Positions 1 through 13,073 of a DNA stretch of 64,000 nt are shown one piece after another; the first letter of the stretch is position 1, and every line of letters begins with the position of its first letter. The position numbers were made by a program, and so were the translations under genes. Below the pieces are notes generated by a model. That model was given only the letters and a program-made list of their open reading frames with translations. It was not told where the DNA came from and made no database searches. Source of the stretch: Heterodontus francisci (Eukaryota); the NCBI RefSeq assembly GCF_036365525.1, contig NC_090397.1, positions 68,019,781-68,083,780 on the forward strand, read 5' to 3'.

Positions 1-1506
1 TACTTTACACCCAAGGGTTTTAGGATATGCAATAAATCCACAAATTCCTAAAACCTTCGAAATTTATGGTTAGAAATGAACATACCATGCTGAAGCCAGT
101 CACGTGATGTACAGGTATAATCAATGGTTTAGTATTTTCATTACCCTTCCTTACCTGCACTTAAGCAGGAAATTGGACCTGAAGCAGTTAGTGCATCGAA
201 GAGTTTGAATCTATATTATATACAGTTTAGCAAATGTAAATTGCACATTCAGCGTGTGATTACTTTATACACTTACTTGCATTAATAAAGGAAAAGAATT
301 AAATCCATCACAACCCATTTTACTGATGGCGATCAGAAAGGCCTTTAATATCCATAGTCAGATTGGTGAAAAGAACTTCTAGTGCTTGCCCACATTGCAC
401 CAGGTTTTTCTTTTACTCTCCTCATTGTGTCTTTTAAAATACATGGAGTGCCTGCGTGCACAAAAAGTCTGAGCAGAAACTTAATGAGGTCAACAACTTT
501 GTTTTTACTGCAAGATTGGCAACAGCCAAAGGTTTAGCAACTCATGAATTAGACCATGCAGTGTTGTAAAGCCAAACATATACTTCTACACTTAGCTCCC
601 ACTAAGTATTGTACAAGCAGATACTTCAAACAGAAGAAACAAACAATGGCGAGCTTTAAACTGAAATGACAGTGCTATTACAAATAATTTGCTAAAGTGA
701 CATCTTTTTGATGCACGTAGCCGTACCTTCAAAAACACATTTAAGCAAATGGGTTCACTGACAACTGCAGTTGTACGAATAACCAGATGGCAATTTTGGT
801 GCAAAAAAAGAATCAAACCCACGCAAGCCTTCGTTTATGTCTTCATCTGTGTCGCCAAAAGATTGAAAAAAGATTTTTTTAATAAGTTTACAAATAACTG
901 AAAGCATTCCAAAAACAATTCAAAAACAAAACAGAATTAGATGCTTCTTTGCCCTCTAATACCAGTTTCTGCTGACAAGATGTTCTAGTTGATGGCAATT
1001 GTAAGGTAGGCTTTACATCTTATATTTTTCTGCAAATCTGGGACTTACTTTCTTATGTTTAAAACTCCAACCTCTTCTCAGCAGTCACAGTGAAATTACT
1101 GATCTTATTAAGTCCCAGTAGCAGGAACAAAAAAGGATCTGGGAATTTCAGCTCAATATTGTTATCCCATTATCCAGAGGTTCAGCCAAGTCCTCACTCT
1201 TAAGTGCCAACCGATTTGTTTCTCTGGGAAAAATAATTCCCCCCCACCATCTTCAGCGAAGGATTATTGTTGCTTAGCCTTTCACAATTCACACTTTCCA
1301 TTCAACAAAAAAGAATGATGTCTCTTCCCTTTCTTCTGCCATTTTATATCAGACTTCAATATCTTTATACGAAGAATGTTTACATTCACACAGTTAAAAA
1401 TTCTGATACCCGAAGATATTGATGAACAAAGCTAAAACATCTTCAACTCAAGAAGTAATCCCCTTCCTTAATTAAATGGATCTTTTTTTTTTGTTTTACT
1501 ACTTAC

Positions 1507-1808
1507 TGACACATAGGCCACCTCACAATTTCACTCTCATTCTAAAAGGTGCCAAAGATGTATAAGAATTAACACTTAGAAGTGATCTTGTAGATGCATT
1601 ATCAATTCTCTTGTTTTGTTTAGCCTGCCAGCCACTTTGCGCTATTGTCGGAGGCTGCAATGTCTGCCCAAGGCCTGGCTCGTACCAGGCACGTGTGTTG
1701 ATCGCTAGACAGCCATGGTGAGGTGTGTCCACTGCTCTCGATGGGAGGACTCATACCTTTGATATCAGAGATACAGAGGGCAAGTCAAAGTGCCACCTGT
1801 CACTAACA
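1507..1808 (-). other. UPF2: UPF2 proximal 3' UTR
   Basis: Directly follows TGA at 1809-1811; no recognisable repeats, more GC/CpG-rich than flanks; bounded by a GTAAGT at 1506-1501. The distal UTR end is not determinable. Confidence 0.75.
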
Positions 1809-1818
1809 TCAACGTCGC
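1809..1818 (-). CDS. UPF2: UPF2 last coding segment (10 nt, RRR-stop)
   Basis: ttttttatcatttacAG|G CGA CGT TGA completes ...KTGGRRR*, the canonical vertebrate UPF2 C-terminus. Confidence 0.92.
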
Positions 1819-3734
1819 CTGTAAATGATAAAAAAGATCAATAAAGTACTGAATGATTAAATTCAAAAAATGTATGCCTTGAAACAATTACAAGATACTA
1901 ATTTTTGTTTTCTCTTTCAATTTCCTCCTTCCCCCACCCCTCCCAACACCTCCTCTTCTAAATAGTAAAATCTGAGGTAGTTTCATAAGTGTTGGCTTTC
2001 TATTTTCTCACACAAATTACCATTCTTAATACGCAAGCCTGGATGCCAAGCATCAGTGAGTTATGTCACTGTTTGGGCAATAACAGTCTGAATTTATGCT
2101 TATCCTGCATCCAATTATGCACATTTATAATCAATGTGCACCATTAGTTGATGTACCCAGGAGGCTGCATAGATCGATCAACGAGGGCAAAGGACTTTCA
2201 GTTTTCAATTTTGAATTTCACGGTGCAGGCAGTGGGTCAGGCCAACCTACCCTTGCAGCTATGTTGGGTAGGAAGTGCTGAAGAAAAATGAGGGGAAAAT
2301 GAAAAACACTTACAGAATGCTTACAACCATGTTATTCAATACATGTAAACATTAACGATTGTGAAAAAAGCCCAATTTTTAACAATTTTTTCCTACAAAG
2401 CATGGAGACCTTTCCTGCAGTACTGTATATGTTTCCAAATTGGGGTGCCTGGATCCTAGGAGATCCTAAGAACAGATTTCAGTTTGGTCTATTTGTTGAT
2501 CTACTAGCATCAACTTTTGTTGTTTACTAAAAAGAAATTCTGTGACAGTTATGCTTTTTTCCTCTGAACAGCTAGTTGACCTTCAGAAGTAAGAACTGAT
2601 GGTTCTTGGGAGTGTGTCAATACTTGCATTTGAAAATCTTTGGGTTACATTTCCGAGAGTGGCAGCTACCCTCCGGTACATCAATCAAGTAGGTATTATT
2701 AATGGGACAGCCTCAAAAGGAAACATTGGCAAGCCATTTGCACAGTTTGATCCTGTCCCCACCAGACACCCATGCGCATTTCCAACAAGAGTCGCCTGAC
2801 ACAGTCAGGAATGAGAATACTGGTTGATTTTCCCTTCCTTAAACTTGGGTGCTGAGTCCAGCGTTAGGCTCCAGCTACTTCCCTGGATGCCAACAGCACA
2901 TCTAGGAATCAATCCTAGAATCTTCCTGCTCAGCTTAGAAACCTGTAGATTCATCGAGGGAATTAGCTTTTCAGTATGGCTTTGACTCCACAGATGAAGC
3001 ATTCATAAAAACAACTGGTGATTTCAAAGGTACAACAGAAGTTAGATTGTAATTATCTGGGAAATAATAAGCATAAAAACACGCACATTATTGACTGAAC
3101 GGCTGGATGGATTTAGGCTTTAGTCTGTAATACAATAGGGAAAGCAGGAGTGACTTATAACTAACCTAACACCACTCAAGAAAACATACACCACGCCAAT
3201 CTTTAAATAAAACAAAGGCCACAATACAGCTTTAGTCTCCAACACCTTGCCAGTAAACAGCCACCTTTTAATCAGGCTGGCAATAAAATTCTCACTAGAA
3301 CCTCCAACAACTTTCTCCCTGTCCTCATGCTCCAATCACATTGGCCTGTACGAAGTTCCACTTTATAAGCTTTTCCTGTGATCTTGTCAGTGGAGACTTG
3401 TACCATCATGTTCCAAGGGCATCTACTGCTACAAAGCTTTCTCATTAAAGTACTATCCTCAAGTTGTCACTCATTTGTCTCAGCTACTGTTAATCATATG
3501 GTTGCAGAACATAACTAGGCAGCGTATCACATAAGTAAAAGACTGGCAAGTTATGATTTTAGTTCAGGGATCTTGCCAGGAAAATAAAATGTGTGGTCTT
3601 CTCAAATGAGAGAACATTTGCTTCACTAAGTCAGAATATCCAGTATACATCCTAAGTATATGATTTTCAGAAATACGAGGGATGAGGTATGGCAATTGTC
3701 AATACACATGTATAAACTCGTCAATTATAGTCAC

Positions 3735-3910
3735 TGAAAAAGAAAACAAAACTACAGATCCTGGAAATCTGAACCAAAAAAATTGGTAACACTCAGCAGG
3801 TCAATCAACATTTGTGGAGAGATGAGTGAACCTTTTAGGTGTGGAAGAGACAGCAACTGATATATTAACTCATCTCTTCTTTCCATGGGTGTTTTCAGCA
3901 CTTTTTGTCA
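3735..3910. mobile_element. Old Penelope-like terminal fragment with inverted arrangement
   Basis: Degenerate version of the 'ctggaaatctgaa...actcagcaggtc...tgtggagaga' repeat seen intact at 44857 and 58617. Confidence 0.55.
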
Positions 3911-6900
3911 ATTATAACAACTGTGAACCCAAAGTGCATTCCATTTACATCACTGATCTGTTCATCTTCAAATTAGTTTAATAAATTGTAATATTTGAAT
4001 CAAATTTTTACTTAATAACGGTGCCAAAGTGTTGCACTTGCACAGCATGGCACTCTAAAACTGACCAAAATAAGGCTCTTGGGAACAGTGACAGGAGAGA
4101 TTTAATTTCTTGATGGCAGTAATTATGCCTTTCACATATTTTGAACATGTGCTCTGGAGGCTGAGCTACTTATTAAAGGCAAGATTACTCCAAGGTCCTG
4201 GAGGCAGAGATCAGTCATTATGGCCAAAGTAGGATTTATAAACAATGCTAAACTCCCTTATTCCTAAAGGCTGAAGGTAAAAAGCACACTTTTATAACTA
4301 TTCATCATTCTATTTACTTGAAATAAAATGCTCACTCTCGAGCCTTCAATTTTTCCCCTAAGAATTAATAATGTATAGTCAAACTCAAATTAATAACTTT
4401 GATCTGTAGAAATTAATGCAGTCATGGTGTTATATGCTCAACAATATTGCACTATTATCCATTCAATTTTCTAAACATCAGTTATAGAATAAAATTCAAA
4501 GATTTCTCAAGTTTTTGATGGTGTTATCCAATCATGAGGTAGAAGAAATCAACAGGTAAGGTAATTAAAGGCAAATTCTGCTAGCGACAGCTCTCTGAAT
4601 CCAGGCGCTTGAATCAAGCTTAGTATTCGCAACTAACTCAAACTCCTAACTGGGCTAAAAAGAAAGTTTGAAAGAAGCAGTTATTGCGTTGCTAAAGTTA
4701 CCTCCAAGCCAAAGCAAAAGATCCGAATTTCCATTTGCTTTGCCGGCTTTGTCTTTTATTAATGACCTTCACAAATAGAGGTCGTCCAGGCAACTCTCAA
4801 TGCAGGTTTAATTTGTCATATAGCCATAGACAGGAATCCATCAGTCTTTTACAGACTGATAAAGGATTTAAACTTGAAAAGTTAATCTGGCTTTCTGCTT
4901 ATCAGACTCCGCCGTGTACTTCCAGAAACTGCAGTCTTTTTTCTTTTTGTTTAGTAGAAAGAGATCTTGGATGAAGTGCCCCTGCAATCAATCTCTGGGA
5001 TACAAGCAAAGATCTCTATCCTGCACATGGAGTCTCTCCTGGCTATCATCACCATACCATATCTATCCATAAAGCTTCCTTAAATATATATTTACTGGGC
5101 TCTGCAAAGCACTGCAGCACATAATGGTTATTGCATTTTTAAAAAAATACCAAAATAGAGCCTGATGGGGATGAAGTTGGCCATTACTTATCTCTAGAGT
5201 AAGGCTCTCCTTGAAACTGAATTTGAAATACAACATATGCAAAAACTAACCAGTGGCTCTTCCCACGTAGCTCATCATGACGGCTTATTGTGTTGACATC
5301 AATTTTGCTATCCATTGGCTGGCCCATCTTGCAGTACAGACCAAAATGATCTGCTGTGCAATTGTGGGAGATATACAGCATCAGGATTTGAATCAGAGGA
5401 TTTATTAAAATAACTAAATTAAATTTAGTGCAAATCTGTGTAAAGATCTGATTTATTTAAGAAATACCATCCTCAGCTGATTCTTTTAACAAAAAGGAAA
5501 AATCATAAAATAATAAGCATCAAAAAGAAAGGCCAACTCACTACACTAAAGTGTGCAGCTATAGGCATTAATAAGACTTTTTTTTTTTGAAAGGGGATAG
5601 GCAGAAGGAAAATATTCTAATATGCAGCACAAATCTAATCAAGATTTTATTCATAACTATTGAATCTTTCCCTATTCCTCTGATTGGATAGTTAAAGGTC
5701 ATACGAATGCTTTTAAAAATCAGAATGCGTAGCTATTATGCTTCTTGCCATTTCTGACACCATTTACAGTAAACACAATGCAAGCAAAACTACAATTGCA
5801 AAAATTTAGTACTACAAAACAAACTAGACTCCTACTTTACCACACAGATTGGATGCATCTTATTGAAAGGATGGTTTTTCAATTGGCCTATTCAATTTAA
5901 AAAAACATTACTTCCTGTAGAATCTATCATGACAGTTTCAAAAATTGGACATTTAGCATGCTTGCTTCTGAATTTTAAGCACATTAAAGTCAGTCCTGAT
6001 GCTACACATTTCCCATTAGGATGTAGGGACCAGCATAATGCATATGTTATTTTGAAAGGAAGGTACATAAAGTTCCATTTCAGTAGTCAATATAAGCCAA
6101 CCCCAAACAGAAGTATGATAAAACAGACAGCGCACCACTTTATTGTAGCAGTTTCCTTCCATTGTACTAACTAGTCTTGACAGAAAAGAATGTGCAAAAA
6201 CCAGTTCAATAAAAACAGACATACTGTCCGCATGCTTCCATTTGCTCACTTAATCCTTTAGCATTCCCTAAATTACAAAGATTTACATTGTTTTCAACAG
6301 GAACAATTAAACTATTTTTGACACTTCAACCAGGAAAGTATTTATACATCACATACAGCTCATAAATATTTGGATATAAAAAGAAAACATTAAATGAAGA
6401 CAACTACTTATTTTTGTGGAAGACAGGTAAGAGGTGAGAAAGAACATCTCTTGCCTTTATATTGCAATCTACACATACAAAATAAAAGCTGTTACAAAAA
6501 TTTCACAATGTATACAGAGTGTTTTTTGCAGTGTTCAATTTTGCTAAAATCAATCAAAACATTTGTTAATGGAACCAGGTCTGAAGTAGATGAAATTTAA
6601 TTAATAGTTTAAATAGTCAGATAACTTCATTGCAAGGCAGAACTTCATGCTGAAATAAGAACTCAATGAAGACAATGAGTACATGAGAAAAGTTCGCTTC
6701 TTGTCCTGTGTTACTATCCCCCAACTACTTTTAAAATAAAAAACATCTACTCTACACAGGCCACTAACAATTCTCCCCCTGACCAATGATAAAGATCGAA
6801 AGGTATGATTCTATCCATCAAAATATTTTGTCACTACTATAGTTTTATTATTAAGGCTGCACTGAACACAATGGGATTGAATTCTGCAGCATTTCACAGC

Positions 6901-7740
6901 GAGAATTTTAAACAAAGATACAACATAAATTAAATCCACAACCTTCTAAGTGAGCATCCTGAACCAAATAATTGCTTGTCCATTATTGATGGTTTAATTT
7001 TAAAAACTGGCCAGCTTATATTTTGGAAAGGAAGCAAAGCGGCTGTGTTAATAAACTATTTTGTAGACCTATTAACATGACGTGCTTGAATTCAGATACA
7101 ATCTGAATAAAGGTTAAAAGTACAATTTATAAATAGCATAAAATCCTTTGCTTTAAATTAAAAACAACAAAGTGAAACTGGTTGCAATTTGGAACAAACC
7201 AGTTGATTTTGCTTTTACAACCTATTTTTGTACATGCCAAAAGAGTTTCCCCATTGCAATTCCCACTCTCAATTCAAAGCATCACCAATCTCACAATGGA
7301 CATATAAGCATAAAACACGAAGTACACAGCAGGCCCATCAGCAACTGTTTTTTTTTTTAAGAAAGTACAGAATATTGGTTTAGATATGCACCCATCACCA
7401 GAACAGTAAAATGTCTTCACTCTTTACTGCTGTGTATTTGCAGCAATTTCTGTTGCAGATTTCCACCAGTGGCATTCGACTGGATAGATACTTTTCAGCC
7501 GGCAAACACATGAATGGCTTCTTTCTGAGCTGTAAATTTCTATGATTTTTAAACTCAATGTAAACCTAGTTTTCTTCATGGAAGCAAACCCTTTGAAGAC
7601 CATTTCTGACAAAACAAGATGCTTTAGATTTTGCAATAACTGAATCTTTTTCTAACTGTACTCATATACATGTCATGCGCTAATTCCCCTAAACATCATT
7701 CCAGAAAAAAACACAGTAAACAGGCCTTTGCTAGTTGTGT

Positions 7741-7810
7741 TCAAGTGTGGCACCCTGAGACTCCCTCCTCCTGCTCACCATAGTCCCTCAGTATCGACAA
7801 AAGCACAAAC
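7741..7810 (-). CDS. UPF2: Candidate alternative terminal coding exon of UPF2
   Basis: ttcacAG|G TTT GTG CTT...ACT TGA in the phase required by the 11597 donor; gives KTGGR-FVLLSILRDYGEQEEGVSGCHT*; followed by AT-rich repeat-poor sequence with minus-strand AATAAA at 6849-6844 and 6144-6139. Confidence 0.4.
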
Positions 7811-8099
7811 CTGTGAATCAACCAATCCAAAGTAATGCTTTATGCCATTATCAAAAGGAAAGAAAGTGCAGAGAAACAGGGGGAAATTGCTAGTTTATTT
7901 TGGACTTGTACATCCTGAGTAAACGTGAATCAATTTTCCTGATTCAAAGTTCATGTTGAACTACAAACCAAGTTCTAGATAATGCAAAGATAATCTGACA
8001 CTAAAGGATCTTCAGTACTAATTCTACAATAACAGATAAATGTTGTGCAGTCATTATGTTACTCATCTTCTACTGATAAGGCTAAGTCTCTGCCCTCTT

Positions 8100-9080
8100 G
8101 TTACTGATTCACCATCTTGTAAAACAATCCTTCATTATTTATCCTCTTAAAATTTTACTGTGTTGAAAATGTCTATCAGATTCCCCCATAACCGTGTCTG
8201 TTTTAATTTTGAAGCCTATCTTCATAAGCATAAGCTCTTATCCCTGTTACCATTCTGGTGAATTTTGCTACAACCTTCCCATAGCTCTAAAACTCTTCCA
8301 GGTGTCCAGAGCAGCATGCAATACTTGTACTGTGACCTAACCAATGTCTTGCATAAATTCAACAGTACTACTTGGTTTTATTTTCAATGCCCTCATATAT
8401 AAAGCATAGAACTCCATTCGTTTTTTTATGGCCGTTTCTATCTGTACACCAACCTTTAAAGATCTATGCATGCACAGCCCCAGATTTCAGTTCCTCCACT
8501 CGTAACAGTTTTACCTTTTGAAGCTATATTTCCTGTTATTATGCTTCTTCCCTAAATGTAATACTTGACATTTCTCTGCATCTGCCACTCCACTACCGTC
8601 AACATATTCTTTCATTCTTCTTCATTTTGCCATGCTCCCTAATTTAATCCTTCATTATCATTACTCTTGCGCCGAGGCCGAACAATTTATAAAAATGGAA
8701 AAGTTCCAGGGTAGTTCCCTGGGACATCCCATTACCCACATCCAGTCAATCTGAAAAACATTAGCTTACCTGTACTCTTTGCTTTCTGCTCCCCCATCAT
8801 CACAATCACTTCAGTTACATTCTCTTTTATATGTGCTTAATTTGATAATAAATCTCTTACATAATACTTTATCAAATATCTTCTGAAAATCCTTACACAT
8901 CGAACCTGTTGCATTATCTAAATGATTTGATTTCCTCAAATTAGTCAAATGCAACTTGCCTTTCAAAAATCAATGCTAACGATTCCTGATTATGTCATGA
9001 TTTTCTAACCATTCACTAATTTAATTTTGTTCTATGTACTCTAGAAACTCATCTATAACTAAGCCAAAAAATTGGTATAT
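8100..9080 (-). mobile_element. Ancient degraded CR1 LINE ORF2 fragment
   Basis: Same motif order as the younger minus-strand CR1 copies (tactgtgacctaaccaatg, ctttatcaaatatcttctgaaaatcc, aatcaatgctaac) but heavily decayed. Confidence 0.6.
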
Positions 9081-11276
9081 AATTTTATGCTTTATCCTTA
9101 TCCCTAGTTTAAAAATAAAAACAGATGTAACGTGTTATTATTCAGTCTTATGGCACAACTCATCTAAAAAAAAAAATCAGAATAATGGCCACCAATCAAC
9201 CGATTATTTTTCCATTAAGTAAGCCTAACATTCTGATCGAGGTAGTGAAAATCAGATTTGGAGGGACAATGCAGCACAATTTGAAAGAATTATGGTAAGA
9301 AAAAAATGCAAAGTCATTTTTATTTTTTAAGAATACATTATTTAATTAATAATACTTAGGATTACTTTAATACAGTGAATCGAATACTATCATATACTTT
9401 CACTTCTTTGATTTTTGCCTGCAGACTATGGTCTGTATTCCCCACTATTTTATTAATTGGAGTATTTTTGTCCTGAATTGGCATTTGTTTTTCTCAAAAG
9501 ATAATGCAAACTCTTCAACAGAATAATCATCTTCTAATGCACTCCTCCATACAATTCAGCTTTACACCATTTCCTTAAACAGATACGTTGATGCCACATG
9601 AACCTTTTTCACCACATTAGAAATACCACCCCCCCATCCACACCAACATTTGGAAGTCTTTTTAACTTCCCTCTGTTATGTTACACAAATGATTGGGCAA
9701 ATAACCTGCTCCATAATCTTAGTCACTACTACTCTGTAACTGATTGATCAGAAGTGAACAAGCACAGAGTGGAACACACACTCTCCAATATTCTTTCTCC
9801 CCTGATAAAACTGTACATTTCTGTACAGAACTACAAGCATAAATCTACACTCCCAACTATGTAGCACAATGCTTTAATAAACCATTACACTGTCATCAAA
9901 ATAATTCTTCCCCACCCTGAAGTCCTAATTTCCCTATCAACCCCACCGAGGGCTCTCTTTTTCCCTTCATGCTGGAACAGTGTTCTCCAGTACCTACTAC
10001 CCTCCAGTACCTCACCCAAATGATAATTCTTCATATGTGCAGTGACTATATGGAAGTACATTTAGTTGCCTCTTGAACTTATTTTGTCCTATTCGCATAA
10101 TGGTTGTTCCTGAAAGCTGATACTCCATTTAATAAACCTCATGTGACATAGGTCTGCCCAAGTTCCCGCTTCATAATTTTGTAAATTATGTTCATGAATT
10201 TTTGAGCCAGTGCCATTGCAACAAACCGTCTGGATCAACTTTACTGACTCTCTTCATAATTTTCAAAACTTCGATTATTTCTCCTAAAAGTTTCCTCTTT
10301 TCCAACTGGGGCAATCTCAATGCTTGAGCATTCTTAACTCTCCTCATACGCAATGAGCTGTAAAGTTCCCATCATTTTCCCCCCCAACTAGTCTGAAGCT
10401 CGGCATTCAGACACGAGCTCTTTTTGCACAGCTTAAGTATAAAGTGGCAGCAAAATGAACATGAGCACCCAACCATCCCTGCATCCTATGAGAGATTGAG
10501 TGAGATCGAAAATACCTCAGAAAATAGAATGAATCCTGGAGTAGACTTCACAAACAGAATCCTTAAGTAAAATATAGGCATGTGTTACTATTCAACTAAT
10601 GAAACAAGTGCACTAAATATTGTGTAAGTGAAGATATACATAACCTAAGTGAACTGTGCCATGCCACTTAATTTGTGATGTTTGCATCTGTATTGACCAA
10701 ACAATAAAAAGCTTCCTACTTTACTGTAGCCTTATACTTTCCATTGCCTCTGCACAATAGTCTAAAATAAGGCAACTTAACCATAATTAGAAAAAAAGCA
10801 ATTTCAAAAAATGTCAATTTTTCTTTACTTGTTCAATAGGTCTTTCATTTGGACAGGATGTTCTGTGCACGCCTTGTGTAATGGAATAAGATTTAAAAGG
10901 CTCTTAACAAGGAGCCATGGACAGATTCATAACTACAAGTTGACAAACCTAGTTCCTTCCATATTGGCTCTGTTGTTGGTAGAAAAGCAAAGAAAACAAA
11001 AAGTGTTTACCTGCAGAGAGAAAGAAAATTGGAAGGCAACAAATACTGCTTTTGCAGACCTCATGATGACTTGAAGTGCAATTTTATCAAGGCCTATGCA
11101 TATAGTCTCGCTGCTCTTTACAGCGAATGAGTCTGGACAGCTCAATAATCATTTACAGCACCTCCTTAATAATTTAAAAAAAACACATCCCAAAAAGAAA
11201 GGGTTTCCCCATGTCAGGTTGAAAATAAGCTGAGTAATCTGTTGAGTAGCATGCTCATTGTAATATAATGATATCC

Positions 11277-11586
11277 AACAACAACTTGCATTTTTATAGC
11301 GCCTTCAACACATTAAAATGTTGTAAAGCCTTTCACAGACGTGTAATCAGGCAAAAATTGAGGTTCAGCCAAAGGAGATATTTGGAGGGGTGAGTAAAAG
11401 CTTGGTCAAAGAGTTGGATTTTAAAGAGGGTCTTAAAGGAAGAGAGGAAAGAGAAAGGTCTAGGAAGGAAATTCCAGAGCGTAGGACCTAGACGGTTGAA
11501 GGCATGGCAGCAAACGGTGGGGTGAAGGAGTGGGAGATGCATAAGAGACCAGAGTTGGAGGAACGCAGAGTTCTTGGAGGGTTGTA
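11277..11586 (-). mobile_element. L2 LINE 3' end
   Basis: L2-type tail (caacaacaacttgcatttttatagcgcc on +) and the AFNRLGPTLWNFLP motif in ORF 11333..11542. Confidence 0.8.
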
Positions 11587-11596
11587 AAACCCTTAC

Positions 11597-11717
11597 CTCC
11601 CCCCTGTCTTGAAGATCAGATCAGCATTTGGTGCTCCTTTAGGGTGCTGGTACCGTGGTCGCCGCTCTCGATTGGTGTTTGCTGGAGCTGGACGCTGTGC
11701 CAGGGACTGCAACATCT
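11597..11717 (-). CDS. UPF2: UPF2 penultimate coding exon
   Basis: ttacAG|AG...GGG AG|GTAAGG; 121 nt; (E)MLQSLAQRPAPANTNRERRPRYQHPKGAPNADLIFKTGG(R). Not in the ORF track; read manually. Confidence 0.96.
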
Positions 11718-12997
11718 CTGTAATGATAATTTAAAATGATCAGTAGAGAAATTGCAATTTAATGTTTCACCCTCATTTTATAATGCTTCACTTCCAACAA
11801 CTTCTAAGCAAAAAAATGTGACAAGGAAAGTTATGGTAACAAAAATGCTCAGTACATAAAGATTCTTCTTGCTCTAACCCTTTTATCGAACATAGGGATC
11901 CTACTGCTATACATTAATGATGATTTTCAGGATATGGTCAAGTAAACTACAGCTGGTGAATCAGAACAGACTACATTAAAAGTTACATGCAACATTCATT
12001 TTTTTTTTTACCAGTTTGTCTCCCCTCCTCTCCTGAAGGTACAGACACATGTTGGGGTATGATTAGACGAGCACTAGCAGCTCTCATTTACCTTGCCCTA
12101 AGTGGCCATTCTCATTATGCAAGTTACTCAGCTGTTCTTCATGACACTTCAGTTGGCAATAAGTAGTGCGGCATTTATTGATAATTGTGATCAGTGGCGA
12201 CAATATTATTGCTGTGCAGAGAAAGTCAAAACCAATGGCAAAACCTAGATGGTGAATGGTTAATGGACTAAAAGGATTGTTAGAAATTTGATTTTAATCT
12301 TGTATACATGCAAAATCAAGTTATTTTTGGAATAGTGGAAGTGTCCATCCCTCAGTTGACTTAAACACTTCCTTCCAGCCAATTTTCCAGGCTTAGACCA
12401 AATCATCGTAGGTGTGAAATCTGCAACCGAAACCAACAAAGCTTTCTCAAACCTGCATTAACCAATGCGCTGAATATATTATTTATAATAGTGCAACTCT
12501 GAAGTTTTCCTTTAATATAAAGGAGTTCAAAAGTTTATGCTTATAGGGGCTGAGGAACCAATTTTTTCTGAGAGACTCTAAAGTGTCACAAGTGGCACCC
12601 TTTGTCTGGCCTGTGAAAAGAGAGGCTTTTGTGTTTTCATGGTTAGAGTCTCTGGTGCACCACTTTTGCTCTGAAAAAAGTAATTTTGGGAAAGATGTTG
12701 AAAAGCAGAACACACAGCCCAATGCAACAGTCCAAAAATACCATGGAGACCTGTGTTGTAGCTCTATTAGTTTGGGTGGTTCACTTACTCATAAAACATG
12801 GGCTAATCCTAATCTCTCAGCGTACTTGAGAATGCAATGCCTTTAAAAAAAAACAGATTTTGAATAGCATGACAACACTCACCATCCAAGCTTACACAAG
12901 AGGGAAAGGGGACGGCGAAGGGGGCAGATCTGGTACCTGTGAAACCACATCCCAAGTTGCAGCTTTTGGGAACTGGAAAAAGTCTTCAAAATCTTAC

Positions 12998-13073
12998 CGT
13001 TTTCTAACTTTCAGCATGTGAGATACAAGAACGGTACACAACAAACTGCAATATTTTAACGTAGAAATGTCTC
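12998..13073 (-). other. Candidate 76-nt frameshifting cassette exon in UPF2 intron
   Basis: cttaac branch-like motif, tatgcAG acceptor and ACG|GTAAGA donor; length not a multiple of 3. Confidence 0.3.

Noticed and set aside
1523-1732. 69-aa ORF downstream of the UPF2 stop
   Set aside because: Begins at GTG, no recognisable protein similarity; best read as 3' UTR.
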